Shown here one piece after another: positions 17,978 through 28,195 of a stretch of 64,000 bases of DNA. The notes below the pieces were generated by a model. The model was given only the letters and a program-made list of their open reading frames with translations, did no database searches and was not told the origin of the DNA. This stretch comes from an uncultured Bacteroidaceae bacterium (GTDB taxonomy: Bacteria > CAIWAD01): contig CAYFPS010000007.1 in assembly GCA_964345075.1 (NCBI GenBank), forward strand, positions 50,214 through 114,213, read 5' to 3'. Each line of letters starts with the position of its first letter. The stretch's first letter is position 1. A program made the position numbers and the translations under genes.

Positions 17978-20019
17978 CCTTCCTCCGATAGGTAGATCAC
18001 AAGCGTACTTCCGGGCTGAATACCATCCCCGGAAAGTGAGTTCCAGCGACGAAGATCATTAATGCTGACCTTGTACCGTCGCGACAGGTCCCATAAGGTG
18101 TCCCCGCGCTGCACCACATGGTTGATCGACCGGGTGGTGCCTGCCCCCGAACGAAGCTTCAGCTTCTGACCGGGATAAATCGTGGCGCGTGAGTCAAGTC
18201 CATTCAGCTCGATGAGTTCTTCGAGCGACAAGCCATGCCGTCGAGCAATCACGCCCGCGACATCGCCGGACCTGACAACATAATGATCTTCAGGCAACTT
18301 CGCATTGGTCATTGCCGACTTGTTTGCATTCGGCCCGGAAAGCACCAGACGCTGCCCGGCGTAGATGCGATTCTTGTTCTTGATATGATTCCACGCCATC
18401 AGATCCTGCATGCTGATCGAATAGCTGCGGGCGATCCCTTCCAGGTTTTCACCCTTGCGAACGCGATGGACGGGGCGACCATCTTCATCCACCTTTGCCG
18501 CGCTGCCAGAGGCCAGCTCGGCTCCCTTTGGTACAGGAATCAGCAGATGCTGCCCGGGACGAATAATGGAGCGGCTGCTAAGCTTGTTGGCGCGCAAAAG
18601 CTCGCGCAGGCTGACCCCGTAACCGGCAGCAATCTGGCTTAGTGTATCACCACGTTTGATCTTGTAGCGCTTCCAGTCCTGATAGGCCGTTGCTGGCAAA
18701 TCGGCGATTTTCGCGGCAAAGGCCTCGGCCATGTCCGCCGGGGCATAGACGTGAGCGCCATCGGGCGGCGTGCAGAAGCGCAGAATATGCGGATTCCTGC
18801 TGCGGAACTCTTCCTCTTCGAGCTTGAGCATATCCGCCAGCCGATCCACATTCAACGCACCCGGGACATCAACGGCAACCCAGGGCTGCCAGGCCTCTTC
18901 TCCGGGTAGCTGATCCTTGAACTCATCGAAGACCCGCCGGGCTGCCAGATAAGTGGGGACATAATTGCGTGTCTCCCGGGGCATGCGCGGCAGGGTCCAG
19001 TAATCCTTGTTGCCCTTGTTGCGCTTGATCGCCCGGTTGACGCGGCCCGGGCCCCAGTTATAGGCGGCAAAGGCCAGATACCAGTCACCATACTGGTCAT
19101 AAAGGCTGCGCAGATAGCGGCTGGCCGCGCGGGTGGCCAGCTCCAGATCCAGACGCTCATCCATCCAGTAGTCCACACGCAGCTTGAACACACGCGCCGT
19201 CCCGGCCATGAACTGCCAGGGTCCGGTGGCGCTTACACGACTGCGGGCATTCATCTTGAGACCGGATTCAATCATGGCCAGAAAAACAAGATCCTCCGGC
19301 AGGCCCTCTTCCCTTAGATAACTGCGGATTGTAGGGCCAATCAGCGCGTAGCGCTCCATCCAGATCTCGTAGTAGCCACGGCCCTTCCCGCTGGTGAAAT
19401 AGTCGACCATGTGGTCAACTTCCTTGCGGTCCGCATCGGGAATGCCCGGGTAGGCGCTCAGACTGTCCTCGGCGACCATGTCCAGCAGTTCTTCAACTTC
19501 GAGCCCAAGCAGACTGTCCGGCTCGATGGCAATCTCCAGCAGACTGTCCAGCTCATCGGCTTGAACACTGCTGTCAGCAAGCTGGTCCAGTTCAAAGCGT
19601 AGCGAATGAATACCCTCCGCCTCGCTGGAATCGGGCGGTAAGCCCTGAGTCAGGCGCAGCATGTCGCGAGCAATGTCCACGCGCAGCTCCTGGGCTTCCA
19701 GAGCATCCAGACTGTCTTCGGGCCTGGTGCTGATCAGCTGCTGAAAGGCCTGGCTAAGCAGGTTGAGTGCACTGTCCGCTTCCCCGTCCCGCTCCAGCTC
19801 CAGGGCGTCGGCGTAAAGCAACAGGGGATCGCGCTCATGAAGACTGTCGTCGGCAATCTGCAGAGTCGCATCGGGTGCTGGGTCTTGCTGGGCGGGATGA
19901 CGCAGGGGGACCTGCAGGCACGCAACGAAAAGCAGCGTGCTTGACAAGAAGAGCAGGACTCTCACGGGGCTCCTGAAACTGTAAAGAAAAAGCCCTCTGT
20001 TGAAGGCCCGTTGATGCAA
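17974..20019 (-). CDS. mltD: Membrane-bound lytic murein transglycosylase D-like (SLT domain plus multiple LysM), lipoprotein
   Basis: Lipobox LLFVAC; SLT motif ESGLKMNARSRVSATGPWQF; several LysM repeats (GDTLSQIAAGYGVS...). Confidence 0.8.
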   Translation of the reverse strand: MHQRAFNRGLFLYSFRSPVRVLLFLSSTLLFVACLQVPLRHPAQQDPAPDATLQIADDSLHERDPLLLYADALELERDGEADSALNLLSQAFQQLISTRPEDSLDALEAQELRVDIARDMLRLTQGLPPDSSEAEGIHSLRFELDQLADSSVQADELDSLLEIAIEPDSLLGLEVEELLDMVAEDSLSAYPGIPDADRKEVDHMVDYFTSGKGRGYYEIWMERYALIGPTIRSYLREEGLPEDLVFLAMIESGLKMNARSRVSATGPWQFMAGTARVFKLRVDYWMDERLDLELATRAASRYLRSLYDQYGDWYLAFAAYNWGPGRVNRAIKRNKGNKDYWTLPRMPRETRNYVPTYLAARRVFDEFKDQLPGEEAWQPWVAVDVPGALNVDRLADMLKLEEEEFRSRNPHILRFCTPPDGAHVYAPADMAEAFAAKIADLPATAYQDWKRYKIKRGDTLSQIAAGYGVSLRELLRANKLSSRSIIRPGQHLLIPVPKGAELASGSAAKVDEDGRPVHRVRKGENLEGIARSYSISMQDLMAWNHIKNKNRIYAGQRLVLSGPNANKSAMTNAKLPEDHYVVRSGDVAGVIARRHGLSLEELIELNGLDSRATIYPGQKLKLRSGAGTTRSINHVVQRGDTLWDLSRRYKVSINDLRRWNSLSGDGIQPGSTLVIYLSEEG

Positions 20020-20061
20020 AGCTCGATGGCTTTATCAAGAGTAGCGGATTTGTCGCTCAAA

Positions 20062-20748
20062 TCAAAAGCCCGCGCTGCGCTTCATGTCCGGTGGAGCTGT
20101 TCTAAGCAAGGTGATAAAGCCCTTGATAATGGCCCCTTCTGCCTCTAACACACGGGCACAGCCCTGAAGGGTCGCACCGCTGGTCGTCACATCATCGACA
20201 AGCAGTATCTGTTCTCCACCAAGCCTGTGTGCCCTTCCCTTTCTTGAAAGCTGCCAGACGCCACCATGCAGCCGCTCGCCCAGTGATTTCTCCTTCTGGC
20301 TGATTAGAGAGGAGGGGCGATGCAGCAGGCCCGCGACCTCAAGCCCCCAGCTGCGGCCAAGCTCACTGGCCATCACCTTGACAGGATCCCAGCCGCGAAG
20401 GCGACGTCTGGTCAGGTCCGGCGGAACCGGCACCAGCAGCCCACTGGCCCAGGGTGGACGCTCCAGCCTTCTCATCAGACGTCCAAGCAGGCTGCGGTCC
20501 GCTTCTTCTTTCATCTCCTTGAAGAGGCGGGCAAGCGCACCTTCGTACCAGCCGACACTAAAGCCCGGAATGCCCTCCAGCGTCCAGAAGGGAGCTTTTT
20601 CGTTGAGCAGCTGCGAGAGACAATCCTCGCAGATGCGGCTGATTGGGGCACTTCGCGCAAAGGGATCCAGCGCAAGCGACTCTCCACAGCTGGAGCATTC
20701 GGCTGGCAGGAGGAGGTTACAGATCAGGTGATGAAACAGATATCGCAT
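20062..20748 (-). CDS. comF: ComF family protein (phosphoribosyltransferase-fold competence protein ComFC)
   Basis: N-terminal Cys-rich region; PRTase motif ILLVDDVTTSGATL. Confidence 0.75.
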   Translation of the reverse strand: MRYLFHHLICNLLLPAECSSCGESLALDPFARSAPISRICEDCLSQLLNEKAPFWTLEGIPGFSVGWYEGALARLFKEMKEEADRSLLGRLMRRLERPPWASGLLVPVPPDLTRRRLRGWDPVKVMASELGRSWGLEVAGLLHRPSSLISQKEKSLGERLHGGVWQLSRKGRAHRLGGEQILLVDDVTTSGATLQGCARVLEAEGAIIKGFITLLRTAPPDMKRSAGF

Positions 20749-20850
20749 GGTCCGTGATACGCCTTCTGCCCACTTCAGGATTCAGCGGCTGGCCCAAAAT
20801 CGCCGGGAAATCGCAGCCCTGTAAGGCAGGCTTGACGAACTGCTCGCCAA

Positions 20851-22842
20851 GTGCCTGATTCAGCCATGCCCGCTTTACACAAGATTTTCATCCTGCTGCT
20901 GCTTGCCAATACCGGGCTGGCCCGAGTGCTTGGCTTTCTGGCGCGGCTGGACAATGCCGAACTGGCCGGTAACTTCCGTCCGGAACTGGACGAGCTTGTC
21001 CTTTCGGGCAGTTTCAATGGCTGGCAGGCCTCGGAAGCATTCAGCTTGAGTGACAGCATTTGGCAGCTCCAGATGGAAGTTCCAGACGCGGAGGCCGAAT
21101 GGAAGCTGCGCATCTTGCGGGCCGAGGGCGGCAGTCTGTGGGAAGAAGGCATCGGCAATCGTCAGCTGCCCGCAGGTAGTAGCGGCTGGCTCTGGCCGGT
21201 CTGGTTCAACAATGACAGCCTCGAGCATCTGCCAGCCGTGGATTGTGACTGGCATGTGAGCATCGATCTCTCGCTGCTTGTCACACAGGGACGCTTTGAC
21301 CCGCTGGTGGAGCAGGTCGCGCTCCTGGGCAGCCGGGCGGAGCTTGGCTGGTGGCAGGCGCCGGGAGCCCTGATCGATTGCGGTACCGATGGCCGCGCTG
21401 AGGGCTGGTTAAGCCTTGCAGGACTTAGTGACTTTCCATTTGAGTACAAGGCCGTCATTCTCGATTCCCTTGCTCAGCCGCGGCTCTGGGAAGGCGGAGC
21501 AAACCGCAGCATGCAGCGCCGGGGCGATGAACCGGACCTGCTGCCACCTGGTGGGGATGGCAGGCCCGAGCTGGACAGTCTCAGCTGCTGGTTTGATCAC
21601 GCCCCTGAATGGCAGCCCGGTGAACTGCAAACAGGATCGGACCTGAGCTTTCTGGCGCGGCTGGAAGATCTGGGTACCGTGTATCACGATGCCAATGGCA
21701 ATGCGACAAGTCCGCTTGAGACCTTTCATCAAGCAGGTCAGCGCACAGTCCGTCTGCGCCTCTGGGTAGATCCTGAGGAGGCCTGGCACGGTCTTGATTC
21801 AACCCTGGCCATGGCGCACCGGGTGGTGGATGCCGGCTTCGACTGGATGCTGGACTTCCACTATTCAGACAGTTGGGCCGACCCCGCTCATCAGACAACA
21901 CCCCTGCGCTGGCAAAGCCTGGAGCTGGCGGCACTGGGTGACAGCCTGGAGGCCTACACTGGCCGCGTACTGGAACGCTGCTGTGCTGAAGGGATTTCCC
22001 CGGCGTGGGTACAGGTGGGAAACGAGATCGACCCGGGTATGCTCTGGCCGCTGGGCCGAGTGAATGGCGACTGGGACACGCCCCAGCAGTGGGATCAGCT
22101 GGCCTGGCTGCTCGGCCGCGCAATGGCAGGCACGGAGCTGACTGACCCAGCATGTCGTCCCCAGCGCTTGATCCATCTGGCCTCCTCCGGCAACACAGCC
22201 TTTGTCACACGCTACCTGGACGAGCTGAACAGTCGGGGCATAGTGCCAGAAGGAATCGGGCTCTCCTATTATCCCTGGTGGCACGGTTCGCTGGCTGATC
22301 TTGAAGGAACCCTGCGCGCATTAGCTGTATCACAATCTGCCGAGCTCATGATCGTGGAAAGCGCCTATCCCTGGACGACCGCCTGGCAGGATAACGGGAA
22401 CAACATTGTTGGTCCGGCAACCCTCCTGCCCGACCCCTTTCCGGCAAGTCCAGCGGGACAGTTGGCCTTCAGGCAGGCACTTGAAGCCCTGCTTGTATCA
22501 CAGGGTGCAAGCCGACTCATCTGGTGGGAACCAGCCTGGGTGGCTCAGCCCGGTCTGGATTGCGCATGGGAAAACCTGGCCTTTTTTGATTTCTCCCACC
22601 GGGCCCTGCCTGCGCTTCAGCTTCCCCTTGTGCTGGAGAGCCCGCAACTTGTGATACAGGCAAGAGGCAGTGGCCTGATCGAGCTACTCTGGGATGCGAT
22701 TCCGGGCGCCAGCAGCTACCGGATTGATGAGCAGGATGCTGCCGGATTGTGGCAGCCCATCGGTCTTGCAAACGACACAGGCCTGCTACTCCCCGCCGAA
22801 AACGGCATCAGACTCTTTCGCGTAACGGCCATCAGCAACTGA
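20851..22842 (+). CDS. Arabinogalactan endo-beta-1,4-galactanase (GH53) with N-terminal and C-terminal beta-sandwich domains
   Basis: VQVGNEIDPGM and IVESAYPW catalytic regions; SYYPWWHG; signal peptide. Confidence 0.7.
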   Translation: MPDSAMPALHKIFILLLLANTGLARVLGFLARLDNAELAGNFRPELDELVLSGSFNGWQASEAFSLSDSIWQLQMEVPDAEAEWKLRILRAEGGSLWEEGIGNRQLPAGSSGWLWPVWFNNDSLEHLPAVDCDWHVSIDLSLLVTQGRFDPLVEQVALLGSRAELGWWQAPGALIDCGTDGRAEGWLSLAGLSDFPFEYKAVILDSLAQPRLWEGGANRSMQRRGDEPDLLPPGGDGRPELDSLSCWFDHAPEWQPGELQTGSDLSFLARLEDLGTVYHDANGNATSPLETFHQAGQRTVRLRLWVDPEEAWHGLDSTLAMAHRVVDAGFDWMLDFHYSDSWADPAHQTTPLRWQSLELAALGDSLEAYTGRVLERCCAEGISPAWVQVGNEIDPGMLWPLGRVNGDWDTPQQWDQLAWLLGRAMAGTELTDPACRPQRLIHLASSGNTAFVTRYLDELNSRGIVPEGIGLSYYPWWHGSLADLEGTLRALAVSQSAELMIVESAYPWTTAWQDNGNNIVGPATLLPDPFPASPAGQLAFRQALEALLVSQGASRLIWWEPAWVAQPGLDCAWENLAFFDFSHRALPALQLPLVLESPQLVIQARGSGLIELLWDAIPGASSYRIDEQDAAGLWQPIGLANDTGLLLPAENGIRLFRVTAISN

Positions 22843-22871
22843 AGAAAAAGCTTGACTCAGGCCCGGAAACT

Positions 22872-22903
22872 CTGTTATCATTGTGATATCACCTTGATAA
22901 CAG
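22872..22903. promoter_or_regulatory. 32-bp near-perfect palindrome CTGTTATCA-tt-GTGATATCAC-ct-TGATAACAG, 15 nt upstream of the SPFH start
   Basis: 14 of 16 positions are symmetric. The centre GTGATATCAC is two overlapping copies of the recurrent GTGATAC motif. Confidence 0.6.
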
Positions 22904-22917
22904 ACAAGGGAAATCAA

Positions 22918-23787
22918 ATGGTCAAGGACAAGCTCCTCAAGGGTCAGAATGGCTACCTGCATCTGACCGTCTACCTGCTGCTTTCGCTGGGATTTATCTG
23001 GGGCATCTACCTGGGTGTTCGTGAGGCCAGTCCGCTCTGGACTCTTTCAGCCATTGGAGGGCTGGCTGTTTCGCTCTTCCTGATGGGCGGCCTCTTCATT
23101 GTCAATCCCAATGAGGCCCGCGTGCTCCAGCTCTTTGGCGATTACACAGGCACCATCACACGACCGGGCCTGCTCTGGGCCAATCCCTTCTACACAAAGC
23201 GCAAGGTTTCGCTTCGCGTGCGCAACTTCGAGACAGGCAAGGTCAAGGTGAACGACCTGACCGGCAATCCGGTGGAAATTGCTGCCGTTGTTGTCTGGCA
23301 AGTAGTTGATGGTGCTGAGGCTCTGTTTGAGGTGGACAACTTCGAGGATTATGTGCGTGTCCAGAGTGAGGCGGCCGTGCGCAATCTGGCCACCAATTAC
23401 CCCTACGATGCCCATGATGAATTCAGTCTCTCGCTCTCGCACAACACGGCAGAAGTCAGCACCCGACTGCAGGAAGAGCTGCAGGAGCGCCTGGACAAGG
23501 CCGGTGTCAATGTGAAGGAAGCGCGGATCAGTCACCTGGCTTACGCCCAGGAAATTGCTGCCGCCATGTTGCAGCGCCAGCAGGCCGCGGCAGTGGTCGC
23601 CGCGCGCACCCAGATTGTGGAAGGCGCGGTGGGAATGGTGGAAATGGCGCTGGACAGGCTAGGCGAAAAGCAGATTGTCGACCTGGACGAAGAACGCAAG
23701 GCCGCCATGGTCAGCAACCTGCTGGTTGTGCTCTGCAGCGACCGTCACACGCAGCCGGTGGTCAACACGGGAACACTTCATAACTAG
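22918..23787 (+). CDS. SPFH/band-7 (stomatin/flotillin-like) membrane protein
   Basis: N-terminal TM then SPFH core. AAGGGA RBS. Start trimmed to MVKDKLL. Track ORF 22852..23787. Confidence 0.8.
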   Translation: MVKDKLLKGQNGYLHLTVYLLLSLGFIWGIYLGVREASPLWTLSAIGGLAVSLFLMGGLFIVNPNEARVLQLFGDYTGTITRPGLLWANPFYTKRKVSLRVRNFETGKVKVNDLTGNPVEIAAVVVWQVVDGAEALFEVDNFEDYVRVQSEAAVRNLATNYPYDAHDEFSLSLSHNTAEVSTRLQEELQERLDKAGVNVKEARISHLAYAQEIAAAMLQRQQAAAVVAARTQIVEGAVGMVEMALDRLGEKQIVDLDEERKAAMVSNLLVVLCSDRHTQPVVNTGTLHN

Positions 23788-23795
23788 GGCTGTGA

Positions 23796-23963
23796 ATGTG
23801 TCACAGAAAAAAAGGCTATCTCCTCCGTCTGAATCCGGATCTTCACAAGGCCCTTCAGGCCTGGGCGGAAGACGAATTCAGAAGCCTCAATGGTCACCTG
23901 GAATACCTGCTTAAAAAGGCCTTGAAGGATGCTGGCAGGTTACCCAAAAACAAAGGCTCCTGA
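23796..23963 (+). CDS. Arc/MetJ-type ribbon-helix-helix DNA-binding protein, 55 aa (MCHRKKGYLLRLNPDLHKALQAWAEDEFRSLNGHLEYLLKKALKDAGRLPKNKGS)
   Basis: Not in ORF track (<60 aa). YLLRLNPDLHKALQAWAEDEFRSLNGHLEYLL matches the Arc-like RHH pattern. 8 nt after the SPFH stop, 3 nt before the next gene. Start ATG sits inside CTGTGA-N5-TCACAG. Confidence 0.65.
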   Translation: MCHRKKGYLLRLNPDLHKALQAWAEDEFRSLNGHLEYLLKKALKDAGRLPKNKGS

Positions 23964-23966
23964 ACC

Positions 23967-24260
23967 ATGACAGGTAGCTTCTGGATTGTAATCAGCCTGC
24001 TGCTGCTGGCAATCGTCGTTGCCATGCTTCGAATAAGCGGCCGCATGCCGGCCAATATGGCCTTTCAATCACCCGGACGCACTCACAGACCAGCGGCCCT
24101 TATTCTTGCGGGTTTGCCTGCCGCGGGCATGATTGTCTTTGAGAAGTCCGGTGGCAAGGGCGGATCGGAATCGATTCTGGCCATGGTCGTGATACCTGCA
24201 GTGCTGGTGCTCGTGGGACTTGGCATGCTCTGGTGGCGCTGGAAGAAAAGCCAGGAATAG
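23967..24260 (+). CDS. Small membrane protein (2-3 TM), third gene of the SPFH operon
   Basis: Hydrophobic segments FWIVISLLLLAIVVAM and LAMVVIPAVLVLVGLGMLWW. Confidence 0.6.
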   Translation: MTGSFWIVISLLLLAIVVAMLRISGRMPANMAFQSPGRTHRPAALILAGLPAAGMIVFEKSGGKGGSESILAMVVIPAVLVLVGLGMLWWRWKKSQE

Positions 24261-24269
24261 CGTTTCGGC

Positions 24270-25553
24270 CTAGTCCTGTGATACAAGTACCCGCCAGCCC
24301 CAGGCCGCGAGCAGCTGTGGGGAATGAATATCAACGGCCTGCTCTTCAGGACTAAAGGGCTCCATCCAGCATCCTTCGACCAGTGCTGTATCACGGAAGG
24401 AAAACTCCACAGGGCCGGATGTAAAGTTGAAAAGGCAGATAACACGGTCGCCCGGCAGCCTTCGCTGAAAGGCCGTCACACAGTTCGATGTGGTTGGGAC
24501 CTCTTCCATTCCAGCGCCCCAGCCCGGATTCCAGAGTGCCGGGTGCTCTTTGCGAAATGCAATCAGCTGGTAAATCAGCTCTCTCTGGGGATTTTCCCGC
24601 CAATGGATTTCGTCCTTCTCGAAGAAGGCCAGTCTCCGATTCAAGCCTGCTTCCTGTCCATTGTTGACGAGCGGAATCCCCTGACAGAGAAAGGTGAATG
24701 CGATGGCTGCAGGCAGCCCCTCGCCGAAGAGTTCCGTGTCCGTGCCTTCCCAGCTGTTTTTGTCATGGTTGCTGGTAAAGAGCATGCGCTGCGCATCCGC
24801 AGGCCAGGCCTTGACCTGCCAGTTGAAATAGACACCCAGAGATTCGGGGCTTTTTCGTTCCTGACACAGATCATGCAGGAGGTCAAACAGCGTCCACGAG
24901 TAGGTGGCGTCAAATCCTGCCGCATGCAGATCACGGTTTTCCCACTCTGCCAGGAGGTATACCTCGCGGATGGCTTCCAGGCGGGGACGCAGTTCCTCCC
25001 AGAAATCGACAGGCAGAAAGCCGGCAACATCACAGCGAAAACCGTCGAGCTGAACCTCCTTCAACCAGAACTCCATCGCCCTGATCATGGCTTCGCGCAG
25101 TTCCGGCACACTGTAATCCAGATCGAGCACATCATCCCAGTTGGTCCATGGGACAGTGCGAGCGCGGCCCAGACTGTCCTTGGCATACCAGTCGGGATGC
25201 TCCTCTACCCAGGCGTGATCGCAGGCCGTATGATTGGGCACCCAGTCAATGATCACGCGCATACCAAGTTCATGAGCTCGTGATACAAAATCACGCAGAT
25301 CATCAAGCGTGCCGTACTCGGGGTTCACACTGGTGTAATCGCGCACGGCGTAAGGGCTGCCCAGGCTGCCCTTGCGATTCAGCTGACCAATGGGGTTGAC
25401 GGGCATCAGCCAGAGGATTGTAACACCCAGATCCTTCAGGCGTGGCAGGTGTGCCATGGCGGCAGCAAAGGTGCCCTCTGGCGTAAAACAGCGCTGATTG
25501 AGCTGATAGATGACGGCATCGCGTGACCAGTCCGGATGGCGCGGCCTAGGCAT
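24270..25553 (-). CDS. Alpha-amylase family glycoside hydrolase (GH13)
   Basis: GFRCDVAGF, LLAEWE and NHD motifs. Start trimmed to MPRPRHPDW to clear the K-channel stop. Track ORF 24270..25595. Confidence 0.8.
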   Translation of the reverse strand: MPRPRHPDWSRDAVIYQLNQRCFTPEGTFAAAMAHLPRLKDLGVTILWLMPVNPIGQLNRKGSLGSPYAVRDYTSVNPEYGTLDDLRDFVSRAHELGMRVIIDWVPNHTACDHAWVEEHPDWYAKDSLGRARTVPWTNWDDVLDLDYSVPELREAMIRAMEFWLKEVQLDGFRCDVAGFLPVDFWEELRPRLEAIREVYLLAEWENRDLHAAGFDATYSWTLFDLLHDLCQERKSPESLGVYFNWQVKAWPADAQRMLFTSNHDKNSWEGTDTELFGEGLPAAIAFTFLCQGIPLVNNGQEAGLNRRLAFFEKDEIHWRENPQRELIYQLIAFRKEHPALWNPGWGAGMEEVPTTSNCVTAFQRRLPGDRVICLFNFTSGPVEFSFRDTALVEGCWMEPFSPEEQAVDIHSPQLLAAWGWRVLVSQD

Positions 25554-26574
25554 GACCTTCCTGCTGAAGTCGTTCGTGCATTTCCTGTGTTCCAAGAATC
25601 ATCAGAACATCGCCAGCCTGAAAACGGCTATCGGCAGTAGGCAGGGGAGTCAGGCCTGTATCACGCATGATGCCCAGCACCATGGCACCACCGCTTTTTT
25701 CGCGTAGCTTCGATTCAAGCAGGGTGCGCCCGACAAGCGAACTGCTCTCGGCAATCTGCAGCCGGTTCAGGCTGTATCCGACATCATCCTGCTTCATGAA
25801 AATATCCAGGAAGTCGACAATCTCGGGGTGCTCGAGCACTGCAGCCATGCGCTTGCCGCCAATGATGTAGGGGCTGACTACGTGGTTGGCCCCGGCCCTG
25901 ATCAGGCGCGCCTCGCTGGATGGTTCAAGCCCGCGTGCTACAATCTGGATCTTCGGACTCAGCTCCCGCGCGGTCAGTACTACAAAGAGATTGTCACTGT
26001 CTTTGGGCAGCGCCGTGGCCAGACCCTTGGCCTGATGGATGCCACAGCGCTCCAGCACGGTTTCATCCGTTGCATCACCATAGAGGGCCAGAAAGCCCTC
26101 CTGCAGCGCTTCTTCAATGGCGCGTTCGTCCTGATCGATTACACAAAGATCCACGCCCTCGCGCAGAAACTCACGCGCAATTTCGCGGCCGATCTTGCCG
26201 AATCCGCAGAGGATCATGTGTCCATTCAGACGTGTCAGGCGTTTTTCCATGCGTTGTCCTCGCATCAGATTGCGGATCTGTCCCGAAATGAGCAGGGCGG
26301 TGAAACTGGTTGCCAGATAGCCGATGGCACCGGCGCCCATCAGAATCAGCAGTACAGTCAGCACGCGGCCGGCGGGATGAAGCGGGTGAACTTCAGCAAA
26401 GCCGACGGTGAAAATCGTGATCACCGTCATGTAGAAGGCATCAAAGATCGACCACTCCTCCAGCAGGTGGAAGCCGATTGTGCCCAGGGCAATCACCAGC
26501 ACGCTGATCAGGGCCGCAATCTTCAGGCCGCTGCGCGCGCTGCCGGTATCACTGCTAAAGCGGAATGTTGCCAT
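25546..26574 (-). CDS. K+ channel with C-terminal RCK/TrkA-N domain (MthK-like); atypical filter TVGFAE
   Basis: Pore helix plus TVGFAEV; Rossmann motif [14 protein letters not shown]. Confidence 0.75.
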   Translation of the reverse strand: MATFRFSSDTGSARSGLKIAALISVLVIALGTIGFHLLEEWSIFDAFYMTVITIFTVGFAEVHPLHPAGRVLTVLLILMGAGAIGYLATSFTALLISGQIRNLMRGQRMEKRLTRLNGHMILCGFGKIGREIAREFLREGVDLCVIDQDERAIEEALQEGFLALYGDATDETVLERCGIHQAKGLATALPKDSDNLFVVLTARELSPKIQIVARGLEPSSEARLIRAGANHVVSPYIIGGKRMAAVLEHPEIVDFLDIFMKQDDVGYSLNRLQIAESSSLVGRTLLESKLREKSGGAMVLGIMRDTGLTPLPTADSRFQAGDVLMILGTQEMHERLQQEGHA

Positions 26575-28096
26575 GCTTTTTGTTCGGGTTGCGATCAGCC
26601 TTGTTCTTCAAAAGCTGCAGCGACTGCCAGACACTGTGTCGTGTCTCCTCGGGCAGGATCACGGCATCGACATAGCCCTGTTCAGCGGCCTTGTAGGGGT
26701 TGGCAAAGTGCTCGGTGTATTCGTCTACCTTCTGCCGCTCGAGGCTGGCCGGATCGTCGGCAGCCTTGATGTCGCGGCTGAAGATGATCTCCACCGCGCC
26801 CTTTGGCCCCATTACCGCAATCTCGGCTGTGGGCCAGGCCAGATTGATGTCGCCGCGAATATGCTTCGAGCTCATCACATCGTAGGCACCGCCATAGGCC
26901 TTGCGCGTGATCACCGTGATCTTGGGTACGGTGGCCTCGCAATAGGCGTAGAGCAGCTTGGCACCGTGGGTGATGATGCCCTGCCACTCCTGATCCGTCC
27001 CTGGCAGGAAGCCCGGCACATCCACGAAGGTGAGGATGGGAATGTTGAAGGCGTCCAGAAAGCGCACAAAACGACCGGCCTTGCGGCTGGCATTGATATC
27101 CAGCACACCGGCCAGGACAGCGGGCTGATTGGCCACAATGCCGACGACTTCGCCGCCCACGCGCCCAAAACCCACCACGATATTGGCCGCGAAGTCCGCA
27201 TGGACTTCCAGGAAAGAATCACGGTCAAGCACGGGCAGAACCGCATCACGAATGTCGTAGGGCTTGTTGGGATTGTCCGGTATCACGGATTTGAGGCTCT
27301 CGTCGGCGCGCTCAACGGGATCCGTGATCTCCAGCCGGGGTGGCTCTTCCATGTTGTTCTGTGGCAGGTAGGCCAGCAGATCACGCACCTTTTGCATCGC
27401 GCGGCCTTCATTGGCCTCGGCAAAGTGTGCTACACCGCTGCGGGATGAATGAGACTTGGCGCCGCCCAGATCCTCGCTGCTTACATCCTCGTGTGTCACA
27501 GTCTTGACCACCTTGGGACCGGTCACGAACATGTAGCTCGTTTCTTCGGTCATGATGGTGAAGTCCGTGATGGCCGGGCTGTAGACGGCTCCGCCCGCGC
27601 AGGGGCCCAGGATGGCAGAGATCTGCGGAACCACGCCCGAGGCCAGTGTATTACGAAGGAAGATGTCAGCGTAGGCGCCCAGCGCCGTAACGCCCTCCTG
27701 CACACGCGCTCCGCCAGAGTCATTAAGGCCGATCACGGGAATACCGGCCTTCATTGCCAGATCCATGACCTTGCAAATCTTTGCGCCATGTGCAGCTGAT
27801 AGGGAGCCGCCAAAGGTCGTGAAGTCCTGACTGAAAACGGCCACATTCCTGCCATGGATACGACCCGTGCCCGTGATCACGCCATCACCTAATGGCCGGT
27901 TCTTCTCCAGTCCAAAGTCACTCGAGGAATGCCGCACCAGCATGTCCATTTCCGTAAAACTGCCCGGATCAAGTAGCAGATCAAGTCGCTCGCGCGCGGT
28001 AAGCTTGCCCGCGTCATGCTGGCGGCGAACCCGTTCTTCGCCCCCCAGCTCCTGCGCCTTGTCGATCAGTTTGAGCAGTTCGGTACGCTTGTCCAT
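26555..28096 (-). CDS. pccB: Acyl-CoA carboxylase carboxyltransferase subunit (propionyl-CoA carboxylase beta-like)
   Basis: Two crotonase-like halves. Start trimmed to [10 protein letters not shown]. The track ORF (to 28174) begins at a GTG inside the upstream repeat tract. Confidence 0.8.
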   Translation of the reverse strand: MDKRTELLKLIDKAQELGGEERVRRQHDAGKLTARERLDLLLDPGSFTEMDMLVRHSSSDFGLEKNRPLGDGVITGTGRIHGRNVAVFSQDFTTFGGSLSAAHGAKICKVMDLAMKAGIPVIGLNDSGGARVQEGVTALGAYADIFLRNTLASGVVPQISAILGPCAGGAVYSPAITDFTIMTEETSYMFVTGPKVVKTVTHEDVSSEDLGGAKSHSSRSGVAHFAEANEGRAMQKVRDLLAYLPQNNMEEPPRLEITDPVERADESLKSVIPDNPNKPYDIRDAVLPVLDRDSFLEVHADFAANIVVGFGRVGGEVVGIVANQPAVLAGVLDINASRKAGRFVRFLDAFNIPILTFVDVPGFLPGTDQEWQGIITHGAKLLYAYCEATVPKITVITRKAYGGAYDVMSSKHIRGDINLAWPTAEIAVMGPKGAVEIIFSRDIKAADDPASLERQKVDEYTEHFANPYKAAEQGYVDAVILPEETRHSVWQSLQLLKNKADRNPNKKHGNIPL

Positions 28097-28141
28097 CCAG
28101 TGCTTCCTGTGATGTTTTTGGTTGATATCGCACGGTTGTCT

Positions 28142-28186
28142 TCCGACCAGTGGTCGGACCAAGGGTCGGACCACTGGTCGGACCAG
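28142..28186. repeat. Tandem direct repeats (G)GTCGGACCA x3 plus an inverted partial copy (tCCGACCagtgGGTCGGacc)
   Basis: ttCCGACCagtgGTCGGACCaaggGTCGGACCactgGTCGGACCag, about 45-90 nt upstream of the likely pccB ATG. Confidence 0.6.
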
Positions 28187-28195
28187 AAAAACCCG

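Noticed and set aside
28142-28186. Possible mini-CRISPR
   Set aside because: Only three 10-12-bp units with 2-4-nt gaps, no spacers, no cas genes. It is better described as a direct-repeat operator-like tract
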